From NCBI GenBank assembly GCA_039714995.1, contig JBDLII010000001.1:1-48781 (forward strand): 48,781 bases of DNA. The letters are read 5' to 3'. Source of the stretch: Pseudomonadota bacterium (GTDB taxonomy: Bacteria; Pseudomonadota; Gammaproteobacteria; Chromatiales; Chromatiaceae). Shown here one piece after another: positions 27,780-34,922 of the stretch. The notes beneath the pieces are model-generated. The model saw only the letters and a list, made by a program, of their open reading frames with translations, did no database searches and was not told the DNA's origin. The position numbers and the translations under genes were made by a program. Position 1 is the stretch's first letter; every line of letters begins with the position of its first letter.

Positions 27780-27864
27780 GTAGGGGGGGGATAAGGCGTA
27801 TTTTCAGCCGCATCCACCAATGTGCTGAAATCATGGTGGATGCGCTGTCGCTTATCCCCCCTAC
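27780..27864. repeat. REP-like palindromic element (GTAGG...CCTAC type), nested hairpin
   Basis: The outer arms are GTAGGGGGGGATAAGGCG ... CGCTTATCCCCCCTAC. The inner 10-bp stem is GCATCCACCA/TGGTGGATGC. The right half, GATGCGCTGTCGCTTATCCCCCCTAC, resembles the E. coli REP layout GATGCG..CGCCTTATCCGGCCTAC. Confidence 0.65.
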
Positions 27865-27880
27865 GAACTAGCTAATAAAT

Positions 27881-27913
27881 GTAGGGTGCAATAAGCTCCG
27901 CGCATTGCGCCGC
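27881..27913. repeat. REP-like half element (GTAGGGTGCAAT...ATTGCGCC)
   Basis: The sequence is GTAGGGTGCAATAAGCTCCGCGCATTGCGCCGC. It forms an imperfect 8-bp hairpin headed by GTAGG, 16 nt after the previous REP. Confidence 0.4.
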
Positions 27914-27951
27914 ATGTTTCGCAGCATGACCCATGAGGTGAAAAGTAGAGA

Positions 27952-28134
27952 CTACTCCTCATCGCTCAGCTGATAATTTGCACCGCAGTAGGGGCAGACG
28001 ACCACTTCGTCCGGGTTGCCCTTGAAGGGGAGGAAAACCCGCGGATGCATATTCCACACCTCGTCACCGGGACGCGGGCATGACAACGGCAAATCCTCGC
28101 CGGTGACCTTGATAATCTGTTGTTGGCTCGTCAT
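27952..28134 (-). CDS. Small zinc-finger protein, zf-CHCC type
   Basis: Track ORF of 60 aa. The pattern ..LSCPRPGDEVWNMHPRVFL...VVCPYCGANYQL fits the C..H..CxxC layout of the NDUFS6-like zf-CHCC domain. It lies 12 nt downstream of the preceding gene. Confidence 0.65.
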   Translation of the reverse strand: MTSQQQIIKVTGEDLPLSCPRPGDEVWNMHPRVFLPFKGNPDEVVVCPYCGANYQLSDEE

Positions 28135-28146
28135 CCGGGCTCCCCC

Positions 28147-29034
28147 CTATACATCGTCCTTGTATTTATCATCTTCCGCTTTTTTATAGCGCGCCATCTC
28201 CACCTCCCTGCGCGCATTCCACACCTCATCCCGCTCCTGCGAGCGCTGCTCCCACGCACCCTGCCGTTGTGGAATGGTGTTCTCCGCAAACAACACCTGG
28301 CGCATCAGCTGAAAGCCGAACTTCATCAAAGCGATATCATCCTGCTGCAGTACTTCATAGGTTGTTTCGGGAAGGTCATAACTCTTTTTAAACGCATCAC
28401 TCATGACAAAACGGCGAAAGCGATCCATATCGAAACACGCCATGAAATAGAGCTGCAGGCTTGACTCCGGCGGCTTGCCGACCGACGGACCGCCGGACTT
28501 CTTCTTCAGGATCAGCTGCAGCCACTCGCGGTTCATCTCCTTGAACATGGCCACATCCTGTTCCGCCAGGTAGTCCCGGATCTGAATCTCGCGGTCCTCC
28601 TGATGACCCTTGCAATGAGACTCTTCGATCAGCACATAATGCGCCTCATCTTCAGAGGTATCCTTGTGGCGTAGCGCCAGATGTCCCAGCGGATAGTAAC
28701 GGCAGGATGTCGGCCGGTCCTCGTAGACGCTGCATCCCTCCTCATTCATGAAGAGACAGGCGCCTTCGTCCGTGGTCTTCAACTTGACGCCGGGCACCTT
28801 GTCCGCGTCCATCTCGAACGGCACGGTGTACTGCTTGAGAAAGTCACCGCTGGTGATGTCGAAACGTTGTTTCAGGCGAATGATGTCATAGGGCGTCAGG
28901 GTGATATCGGCCTGCTTGCAGCATGCATTGAAGCATGAGATCCCCTTGTGGCAGCGGAATTTGATGGTTGCGTCCGCGCTCAACATGGCCGGGACTACAT
29001 CACTGGTAAAGGGGATGTCGAAGGGTTCGCTCAT
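28147..29034 (-). CDS. YkgJ-family (CxxCxxCC / UPF0153) cysteine-cluster protein with a long C-terminal extension
   Basis: Track ORF 28147-29076 trimmed to MSEPFDIPF (ATG at 29034, with AGGAA 7 nt upstream). The motifs are ..FRCHKGISCFNACC.. and ..GACLFMNEEGCSVYEDRPTSCRYYP.. About 170 further residues have no recognised family. Confidence 0.65.
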   Translation of the reverse strand: MSEPFDIPFTSDVVPAMLSADATIKFRCHKGISCFNACCKQADITLTPYDIIRLKQRFDITSGDFLKQYTVPFEMDADKVPGVKLKTTDEGACLFMNEEGCSVYEDRPTSCRYYPLGHLALRHKDTSEDEAHYVLIEESHCKGHQEDREIQIRDYLAEQDVAMFKEMNREWLQLILKKKSGGPSVGKPPESSLQLYFMACFDMDRFRRFVMSDAFKKSYDLPETTYEVLQQDDIALMKFGFQLMRQVLFAENTIPQRQGAWEQRSQERDEVWNARREVEMARYKKAEDDKYKDDV

Positions 29035-29183
29035 AGTGGTTCCTGCTCTTGATGATACTGCTTCAAAACAGGGCATCAGTTATCTAAACAGCGCATTATA
29101 CAACAAGAAACCAATTAACACCTCCTTTAAGCGGCTATTCCAACCACCAGACAGATACATTGGCAGTTGGCAAAATTCAGCTC

Positions 29184-29217
29184 GTAGGATGTGGTGAGCT
29201 TGCGAACCGCATCCTAC
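29184..29217. repeat. REP-like hairpin (GTAGGATG...CATCCTAC)
   Basis: The sequence is GTAGGATGTGGTGAGCTTGCGAACCGCATCCTAC. The stem is 12 bp including one G-T pair. It has the same GTAGG/CCTAC ends as 27780-27864. Confidence 0.55.
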
Positions 29218-29237
29218 AAAGCACGGAGATATCTAAT

Positions 29238-29384
29238 GAACCTCTGAATAAGTCCCTAGGATGGGGGGTCGGGGGAAGGGCAAACTGAAAGCCAGCTATA
29301 ACTCATTGATATTGAACCCTTCCCCCGTAGAAATACTTGCGGGAATGCTCTGGTCGAGGCGCGAAGCGACTTGATCAGGGCTTC
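29238..29384 (-). mobile_element. MITE-like structured repeat, family B, copy 2 (about 147 bp), inverted relative to copy 1
   Basis: The reverse complement aligns with 8279-8426. The conserved blocks are GAAsCyCTGATyCAAGTyGCTTCGC, CAGAGCAT, TACGGGGGAAGG, GCCCTTCCCCCGAmCCCCCATCC and CAGAGGTTC. The central loop is divergent. Confidence 0.6.
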
Positions 29385-29418
29385 CCTAAGATATTACCCG
29401 GTAACTTTGTATACAGCG

Positions 29419-29453
29419 AAAAAACCCGGACACCTCGCGGTGGCCGGGTTTTT
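29419..29453 (-). terminator. Rho-independent terminator of aprBA (symmetric, so potentially bidirectional)
   Basis: Read on the minus strand, 20 nt after the aprA stop: AAAAACCCGGCCACCGCGAGGTGTCCGGGTTTTTTCG. This is a 9-bp GC-rich stem with one mismatch followed by a T-run. Confidence 0.8.
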
Positions 29454-29472
29454 CTACATCAAGTAATTTAAC

Positions 29473-31473
29473 TTACTTGAACAACTTCGCCTTGTCGACG
29501 AGATCAACGTGTGCACGCTTGAAGCATGTCCACTGCTTGCTCTCCTTGTCGTAGACGGAGTTCACAAAGCACTTCCAGTTCTCTTCGTCAACGAAGTTCT
29601 TATCCATGCGGTAGTAGAAACCGGGATAACGTGACTCTTCACGGAACTGAATGTGTTTCATGTGAGCTTCGGCTGTCAGGATGCGGTGGTAGTTCTCCCA
29701 TGCACGCAGGAGCTCATGGAGATCCTTGGCACGCATCTTGGTAGCATCCTCTTTCAACATCTCCAGCTTGTTCTCAGCCTGCTCCAGCATGTGAGCATTG
29801 GTCGTGTAGTAGGTGGCGACGCCAGCTACGTACTCGTCCATGATCTTCTGCAGTCGGAACTGCAGCATGCGCGGAGTGATGTAGTTGGGATTGACATCGA
29901 TCGCCGTGGAGTAGTCCTTGTGCTCCATGTAGTTGCGAACCGGCTGGTAGATCTCGGCCACCAGGTCATCAACACTCTCGGCCAGTTCGGGCACATGGTC
30001 CTTGTTGTCGATGACAAACTGAACCATGGACTTGGCGCACATGCGGCCTTCGGCATGTGAACCGGAGGAGAACTTGTGACCTGAGGCGCCAACGCCGTCA
30101 CCGGCGGTGAACAGACCCTGTACGGTAGTCATGCCACGATAGCCCCAGTTCCAGCCGCTTGGCAGGTGCTCGGGGATGCCTTCGCCCAGACCTTCATCAG
30201 CTGGCGCGCCAACATCAGTAGGACCGGATACCCAGATGCCGCAGCAGCCTGAGTGTGAGCCCAGCAGGTAGGGTTCGGTAGGCATCAGCTCGGAGTTCTT
30301 CTTCTCCGGCTCGATGTTCTCACCGGCCCAGATGCCGCACTGACCGATACACATGTCGAGGAAGTCTTCCCAGGCTTCCGCCTCGAGGTGCTTGACTTCA
30401 CGGGGAGTCAGGGTCTCACGCAGGTTGCCCAGTGCAGTCACCGTGTCCATCCAGATAGGACCGCGACCTTCGCGCATCTCCTTGAGCATCAGGTGGTTCC
30501 GCAGGCAGGAGGCAGGAACTGCAGCCTGGCCGTAGGGAGGATAGTCGTCCAGCATCTCCTTGTTGCGCTGCATGTAGACTTCGCCGAAGGCATTGGTAGC
30601 CTGGGATTTGAACAGCAGGAACCATGCGCCGACAGGACCGTAGCCATCCTTGAAACGGGTTGGTACGAAGCGGTTTTCCATCAGGGTCAGCTCGGCGCCG
30701 GCTTCAGCAGCCATCGCGTAGGTAGAGCCGGCATTCCAGACGGGATACCAGGCGCGACCCTGGCCTTCACCAACGGAACGCGGACGGAAGATGTTTACAC
30801 AGCCGCCGGCTACCAGCAGGCACGCCTTGAACTTGTAAACCATGACCTTGTCGTCACGTACGGAGAAACCGACAGCACCGGCGACGCGGTTCTTGTCATT
30901 CTTGTCGTTGACCAGCTTGACGATGAAGATACGCTCCTGGATACGATCAGTGCCCAGTGCTTTCTTCGCGGCTTCAGCGACGATCCACTTGTAGGATTCA
31001 CCGTTGATCATGATCTGCCACTTGCCGGAACGTACCGGAGTACCGCCGTCAGCCAGAGGAGTCATACCCTTGGAGCCGTCAAAACGCTCGCCGTTCTCGT
31101 CCAGCTTCCAGATGGGGAGGCCCCACTCTTCGAACATGTGAACGGATTCGTCAACATGACGACCCAGATCGTAGGCGAGATCGTCACGGGTGATACCCAT
31201 CAGATCGTTGGAAACCATACGTGCGTAGTCAGCAGGATCCTGCTCACTGCCGATGTAGGTGTTGATTGCGGAGAGACCCTGGGCAACGGCGCCGGAGCGG
31301 TCCATTGCAGCCTTGTCTACCAGCTTGATTGTGATCTCACGACCCATGGCGGCTTCAGCAGCTTTCGCCCAGGGCATGATCTCGTAACCTGTACCACAGG
31401 CAGCCATTCCGCCACCGATGATGAGGATGTCGACTTCTTCTTCGACGACTTCAGGATTACCAAATTCGGCCAT
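29473..31473 (-). CDS. aprA: Adenylylsulfate (APS) reductase alpha subunit (FAD)
   Basis: Track ORF of 666 aa. It begins MAEFGNPEVVEEEVDILIIGGGMAACG, a FAD fold, and its length and sequence are typical of dissimilatory AprA. It lies directly downstream of aprB. Confidence 0.95.
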   Translation of the reverse strand: MAEFGNPEVVEEEVDILIIGGGMAACGTGYEIMPWAKAAEAAMGREITIKLVDKAAMDRSGAVAQGLSAINTYIGSEQDPADYARMVSNDLMGITRDDLAYDLGRHVDESVHMFEEWGLPIWKLDENGERFDGSKGMTPLADGGTPVRSGKWQIMINGESYKWIVAEAAKKALGTDRIQERIFIVKLVNDKNDKNRVAGAVGFSVRDDKVMVYKFKACLLVAGGCVNIFRPRSVGEGQGRAWYPVWNAGSTYAMAAEAGAELTLMENRFVPTRFKDGYGPVGAWFLLFKSQATNAFGEVYMQRNKEMLDDYPPYGQAAVPASCLRNHLMLKEMREGRGPIWMDTVTALGNLRETLTPREVKHLEAEAWEDFLDMCIGQCGIWAGENIEPEKKNSELMPTEPYLLGSHSGCCGIWVSGPTDVGAPADEGLGEGIPEHLPSGWNWGYRGMTTVQGLFTAGDGVGASGHKFSSGSHAEGRMCAKSMVQFVIDNKDHVPELAESVDDLVAEIYQPVRNYMEHKDYSTAIDVNPNYITPRMLQFRLQKIMDEYVAGVATYYTTNAHMLEQAENKLEMLKEDATKMRAKDLHELLRAWENYHRILTAEAHMKHIQFREESRYPGFYYRMDKNFVDEENWKCFVNSVYDKESKQWTCFKRAHVDLVDKAKLFK

Positions 31474-31514
31474 CTTTATATACCTCTAAAATTATTCCAG
31501 AATACCAGTTTGCC

Positions 31515-31982
31515 TTACTTGGCAATCAGTTCGCTTGGGTCGCCGACACGGTAGCCGTTGTGCTGCACGAAGAAACCGGCATCGCCGATTTTCGCCATGT
31601 CTGCTTCAGGCTTGCCACCATAAGGATCGATAGATCCTTCAGGCGTGGTGCGGATCGGGAACTTGAAACGCTTCTGGGTGCCGTTGCGGAACTTGATGCT
31701 CCACATGATGGAGTCAGTGCCGCGCAGAGGCTGTACAGATGCACCCAGAGGAACGATATCGGCGTAGGGACGCGCTTCGATAGCATTCTGCGGGCAGATC
31801 TTGATGCAGGAGTAGCACTCCCAGCACTGATCAGGCTCCTGGTTAAATGATTTCATGGCGTGGCCGGTTTCGGAACCGTCCTTATCCAGCTTCATAAGAT
31901 CATGCGGGCAGATATACATGCACGCTGTACGATCCTGGCCTTTACAACCGTCGCACTTCTCTGTACGTACAAATGTAGGCAT
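31515..31982 (-). CDS. aprB: Adenylylsulfate reductase beta subunit (2x[4Fe-4S])
   Basis: Track ORF of 155 aa. MPTFVRTEKCDGCKG...CMYICPHDLM...CWECYSCIKICPQNAI...IMWSIKFRNG matches the AprB ferredoxin-like domain plus its tail. Confidence 0.95.
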   Translation of the reverse strand: MPTFVRTEKCDGCKGQDRTACMYICPHDLMKLDKDGSETGHAMKSFNQEPDQCWECYSCIKICPQNAIEARPYADIVPLGASVQPLRGTDSIMWSIKFRNGTQKRFKFPIRTTPEGSIDPYGGKPEADMAKIGDAGFFVQHNGYRVGDPSELIAK

Positions 31983-32234
31983 AGTCAGTCTCCTCTATAA
32001 AAGACAAATTTTCACTGCAGTGATTTTCACCTGATGGTGAAGCTTATTTGGGCAGTCCGCCTCTCGCAGTTCATCAGGGAGTTGAAATCACTCTTGAACT
32101 CCCGAAAAAAAGCGGGCATACACCCGAATTCTTAATCAGCCGTCAGCCGCTCAATTCCGGCATCGGGTGGGGTAACATAATGATTTTTTAACCATTCAGC
32201 CAGTCAGTCTTTCTGCGTCATGGATAAAGAGACT

Positions 32235-32251
32235 TTATCTTGCTAAGATAA
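32235..32251. promoter_or_regulatory. Perfect 7-3-7 palindrome TTATCTT-GCT-AAGATAA in the aprB / trx-HEAT divergent control region (candidate operator)
   Basis: Read directly from the sequence. It sits in a stretch of about 27 percent GC (hand count of 32221-32280), 78 nt upstream of the 32329 start. No regulator has been identified. Confidence 0.3.
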
Positions 32252-32328
32252 AAAAACTAATTGCATACTAACAACTGTATTTTTCCTATATTATTCAATA
32301 TGTTAAATTCTTACCCTGGAACCTGAAA

Positions 32329-32961
32329 ATGGCCTCCCTGCCCAGCGCATCCATCCTCATCACCCCTCAATGTCCCCACTGTCCGGCAGTCATAACCGCA
32401 TTGATTGCATTGTTGAAAGCGGGAAAAATCGGCAAACTGGAGATCATCAATATCGTTGAGCATCCTGAAATCGCCCGGCAGAAGGGAGTCCGCAGCGTTC
32501 CCTGGACACAGATCGGTTCGCTCGAACTCTCCGGCGCACTCTCCCGCCAAGAGCTGGAGAAGTGGGTCGCCATGGCGGCCGGACAGCAGCAGAGCGACTA
32601 TCTCGGCCACCTGCTTGAAACCAACCGCCTGCAGCAGGCCATTGACGAGATCACAAACAACCCGCAGCGGCTGCCGGAGCTGTTGCTGCTGCTGGCCGAT
32701 CTCGACACACCAATGGCCGTTCGCATCGGCATCGGCGCCCTGCTCGAGGAACTCGAAGGGACACCACTGATCAAATCCGCAAGCGAGCCGCTGCTGTCGA
32801 TGCTGACCTCTGAACATCAGCAGGTGCGCGCAGATGCCGCCCACTACCTCTCACTGACCGCCGACAGCACGGTGATCGCCGACCTCGAGCCACTGCTCGA
32901 CGATGCCGATGCAGAAGTGCGTGAGATCGCCGCAGAAACCATCGCGGAGCTGCAATCATGA
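32329..32961 (+). CDS. Thioredoxin/glutaredoxin-like domain (CPHC) fused to HEAT-type repeats
   Basis: Track ORF of 210 aa. The N-terminus is ILITPQCPHCPAVITAL...VRSVPWTQIG. The C-terminal repeats are ..EHQQVRADAAHYLSL.. and ..DDADAEVREIAAETIAEL... No signal peptide is apparent. Confidence 0.65.
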   Translation: MASLPSASILITPQCPHCPAVITALIALLKAGKIGKLEIINIVEHPEIARQKGVRSVPWTQIGSLELSGALSRQELEKWVAMAAGQQQSDYLGHLLETNRLQQAIDEITNNPQRLPELLLLLADLDTPMAVRIGIGALLEELEGTPLIKSASEPLLSMLTSEHQQVRADAAHYLSLTADSTVIADLEPLLDDADAEVREIAAETIAELQS

Positions 32962-33338
32962 ACAGCCAAGCGCGTTTGCTGCTGCTGTTCGGCGCCATCA
33001 ACGGACTGTTGTATGTTGCCTTGTCGGCTTTCGCCGCCCATGGACTGAAGCACACGGTATCCCCAGAGCAGCTCGCCTGGTTCAGGACAGCAGCCCACTA
33101 CCAGGGCATCCACGCCCTGGCACTGCTTGCGACGGGGATGCTGCTGCAGTTGTTTGAAGGGCGTAGCTTCTACATCTCCGGCCTGCTGATGCTACTTGGT
33201 ATTGTCATCTTCAGCGGCTCGCTCTACGCCATGGCGCTTGGTGCGCCAAGATGGTTCGGTGCCATCACCCCGATTGGCGGAGTCAGCTTGATTGCTGGGT
33301 GGGTTTTGATGGCTGCGGGGTTATTGAGAGAACCCTAA
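32958..33338 (+). CDS. DUF423 (YgdD-like) small membrane protein, four predicted TM helices
   Basis: Track ORF of 126 aa. The motifs ..LSAFAAHGLKH.. and ..AAHYQGIHALALL.. are typical of DUF423. The ATGA start overlaps the upstream stop. Confidence 0.75.
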   Translation: MNSQARLLLLFGAINGLLYVALSAFAAHGLKHTVSPEQLAWFRTAAHYQGIHALALLATGMLLQLFEGRSFYISGLLMLLGIVIFSGSLYAMALGAPRWFGAITPIGGVSLIAGWVLMAAGLLREP

Positions 33339-33436
33339 TTGATTGTCATTTTGAACTAAATTAAGGATCTTTGAACGCATAACATACAGATTATTCACTG
33401 GGACAAGATTTCTCCCTACGGTGAAAATGGCATTGT

Positions 33437-33748
33437 TTACTCGGCGCAGCGGATGCAGCGCGTGGCAAAGGGCATGACCTTGAGGCGTTCTGCGCCGATC
33501 TCTTCACCGCATTTCTCACAGATTCCGTAGCTGCCGTCATCCACCCGCCGCAGCGCCTGCTTGACCTGGGCGAGCGCCACGATAGTCTCCTGCCGCAATC
33601 CCCGCAGCACATCGTCGTTTTCACGCTCGGTTACCTGTTCGGCAAAATCCGCGCTATGGTCGCTTGTCAGATCACTTGAGATGCGTTCAAGCCGATGGCT
33701 CAGCTCCTCTTCCAGGCGTTGCAACTGTTGCTTGATATCATCAGACAT
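33437..33748 (-). CDS. DksA/TraR-family C4 zinc-finger protein
   Basis: Track ORF of 103 aa. It has a coiled-coil N-terminus and the C-terminal zinc finger CEKCGEEIGAERLKVMPFATRCIRC. Confidence 0.8.
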   Translation of the reverse strand: MSDDIKQQLQRLEEELSHRLERISSDLTSDHSADFAEQVTERENDDVLRGLRQETIVALAQVKQALRRVDDGSYGICEKCGEEIGAERLKVMPFATRCIRCAE

Positions 33749-33776
33749 ATTTTGTTCCTGGAAAGTGCATCACTCT

Positions 33777-34565
33777 TCAAACACTCCGTGCAGCAGCAAA
33801 GAGATTGAAAAAGTTGTTGCTGGTTATCTGCGCCACTTCCTCGACATCCATGCCGCGCAGCTCTGCAATGGTTTCAGCGACGCGATGGACATATTTCGGT
33901 TGGTTCGGCTTGCCGCGGTAGGGAACAGGCGCCAAGTAGGGGGAGTCCGTCTCGATCAGCAGGCGGTCCAGCGGCACCCTGCTGGCGACCTCGCGCAGTT
34001 CCGCTGCATTCTTGAAGGTGATGATGCCGGAGAGGGAGATGTAAAACCCCAGGTCCATCGCCTGCTGCGCCATCTCCCAGCTCTCGGTAAAGCAGTGCAT
34101 GACGCCGCCGGCATCGCGCGCCCGTTCCTCTCGCATGATGGCGATGGTATCTTCACGCGCCTGCCGCGTGTGGATGATCAGCGGCTTGCGTGCCTCCCCG
34201 GCCGCCTGGATGTGGGTGCGAAAACGCTGCTGCTGCCAGTGATTGTCTTCCGTTTCAGCGCGGAAGTAGTCAAGACCGGTTTCGCCGATAGCGACATTTT
34301 TCGGATGCCCGGCCAGCTCGACCAGCTCGTCAGCGGTCGGTTCATGGCGGTCACGGTCATTGGGGTGGACGCCGACCGAGACATAAATGTTGTCATACTC
34401 CTCCACCAGCTCCAGCATCCGCGGATAGCTCTCGAGGTCGATCGAGACACACAGCATCTGCTCGACGCCCGCATCCAGCGTTGCCCTGACAAAAGCTTCA
34501 AAATCCCCATCGTACGGGGCCAGATCAACCCTGTCGAGGTGGCAATGCGAATCAACGAGTCTCAT
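33777..34565 (-). CDS. TatD-family metal-dependent hydrolase (YcfH-like)
   Basis: Track ORF of 262 aa. It has MRLVDSHCHLD.., ..GETGLDY.. and ..IHTR..; the position after pilZ is conserved. Confidence 0.85.
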   Translation of the reverse strand: MRLVDSHCHLDRVDLAPYDGDFEAFVRATLDAGVEQMLCVSIDLESYPRMLELVEEYDNIYVSVGVHPNDRDRHEPTADELVELAGHPKNVAIGETGLDYFRAETEDNHWQQQRFRTHIQAAGEARKPLIIHTRQAREDTIAIMREERARDAGGVMHCFTESWEMAQQAMDLGFYISLSGIITFKNAAELREVASRVPLDRLLIETDSPYLAPVPYRGKPNQPKYVHRVAETIAELRGMDVEEVAQITSNNFFNLFAAARSV

Positions 34566-34571
34566 GACAGG

Positions 34572-34922
34572 TTACATGGTGTAGGTAGGGATCTCGGAGT
34601 CGATCATTTCACCAAGCAGTTTTTCGATCCTGTTGAGCAGTTTGCCTTCATCCTTGGAGCCAAAACGTACGCCGATTCCCTGGGGATGATTGCCCGCGGC
34701 GCCGGCTGGCGTGATCCACACTACCTGGCCAGCAATCGGGTAGCGCGTGCTGCTGTCCGGCAGCGTCACCAGCAGAAAAACCTCGTCACCCAGCTGGTAG
34801 CCCTCCCTGGTCTCGACAAACAGACCGCCCTCTTCTAGAAATGAGATATAGGATTTATGCAGAGTTTCCCGGTCTTTCAACTGGACATTGAGCATCTTCC
34901 TGCCACCGCTCTTAATACTCAT
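34572..34922 (-). CDS. pilZ: PilZ-domain protein (type IV pilus assembly PilZ-like)
   Basis: Track ORF 34572-35024 trimmed to MSIKSGGRKMLNVQLKDRETLHKSYISFLEEGGLFVET, which parallels the Pseudomonas PilZ N-terminus (from memory). It overlaps holB by 11 nt. An ATG at 34895 is an alternative start. Confidence 0.7.
   Translation of the reverse strand: MSIKSGGRKMLNVQLKDRETLHKSYISFLEEGGLFVETREGYQLGDEVFLLVTLPDSSTRYPIAGQVVWITPAGAAGNHPQGIGVRFGSKDEGKLLNRIEKLLGEMIDSEIPTYTM

Noticed and set aside
29259-29281. G-quadruplex potential in the family-B termini (GGATGGGGGGTCGGGGGAAGGG).
   Set aside because: The G-runs are already explained as one arm of the conserved GGGGGAAGGG/CCCTTCCCCC hairpin. Only three clean G3+ tracts are available, so a G4 call would be speculative.
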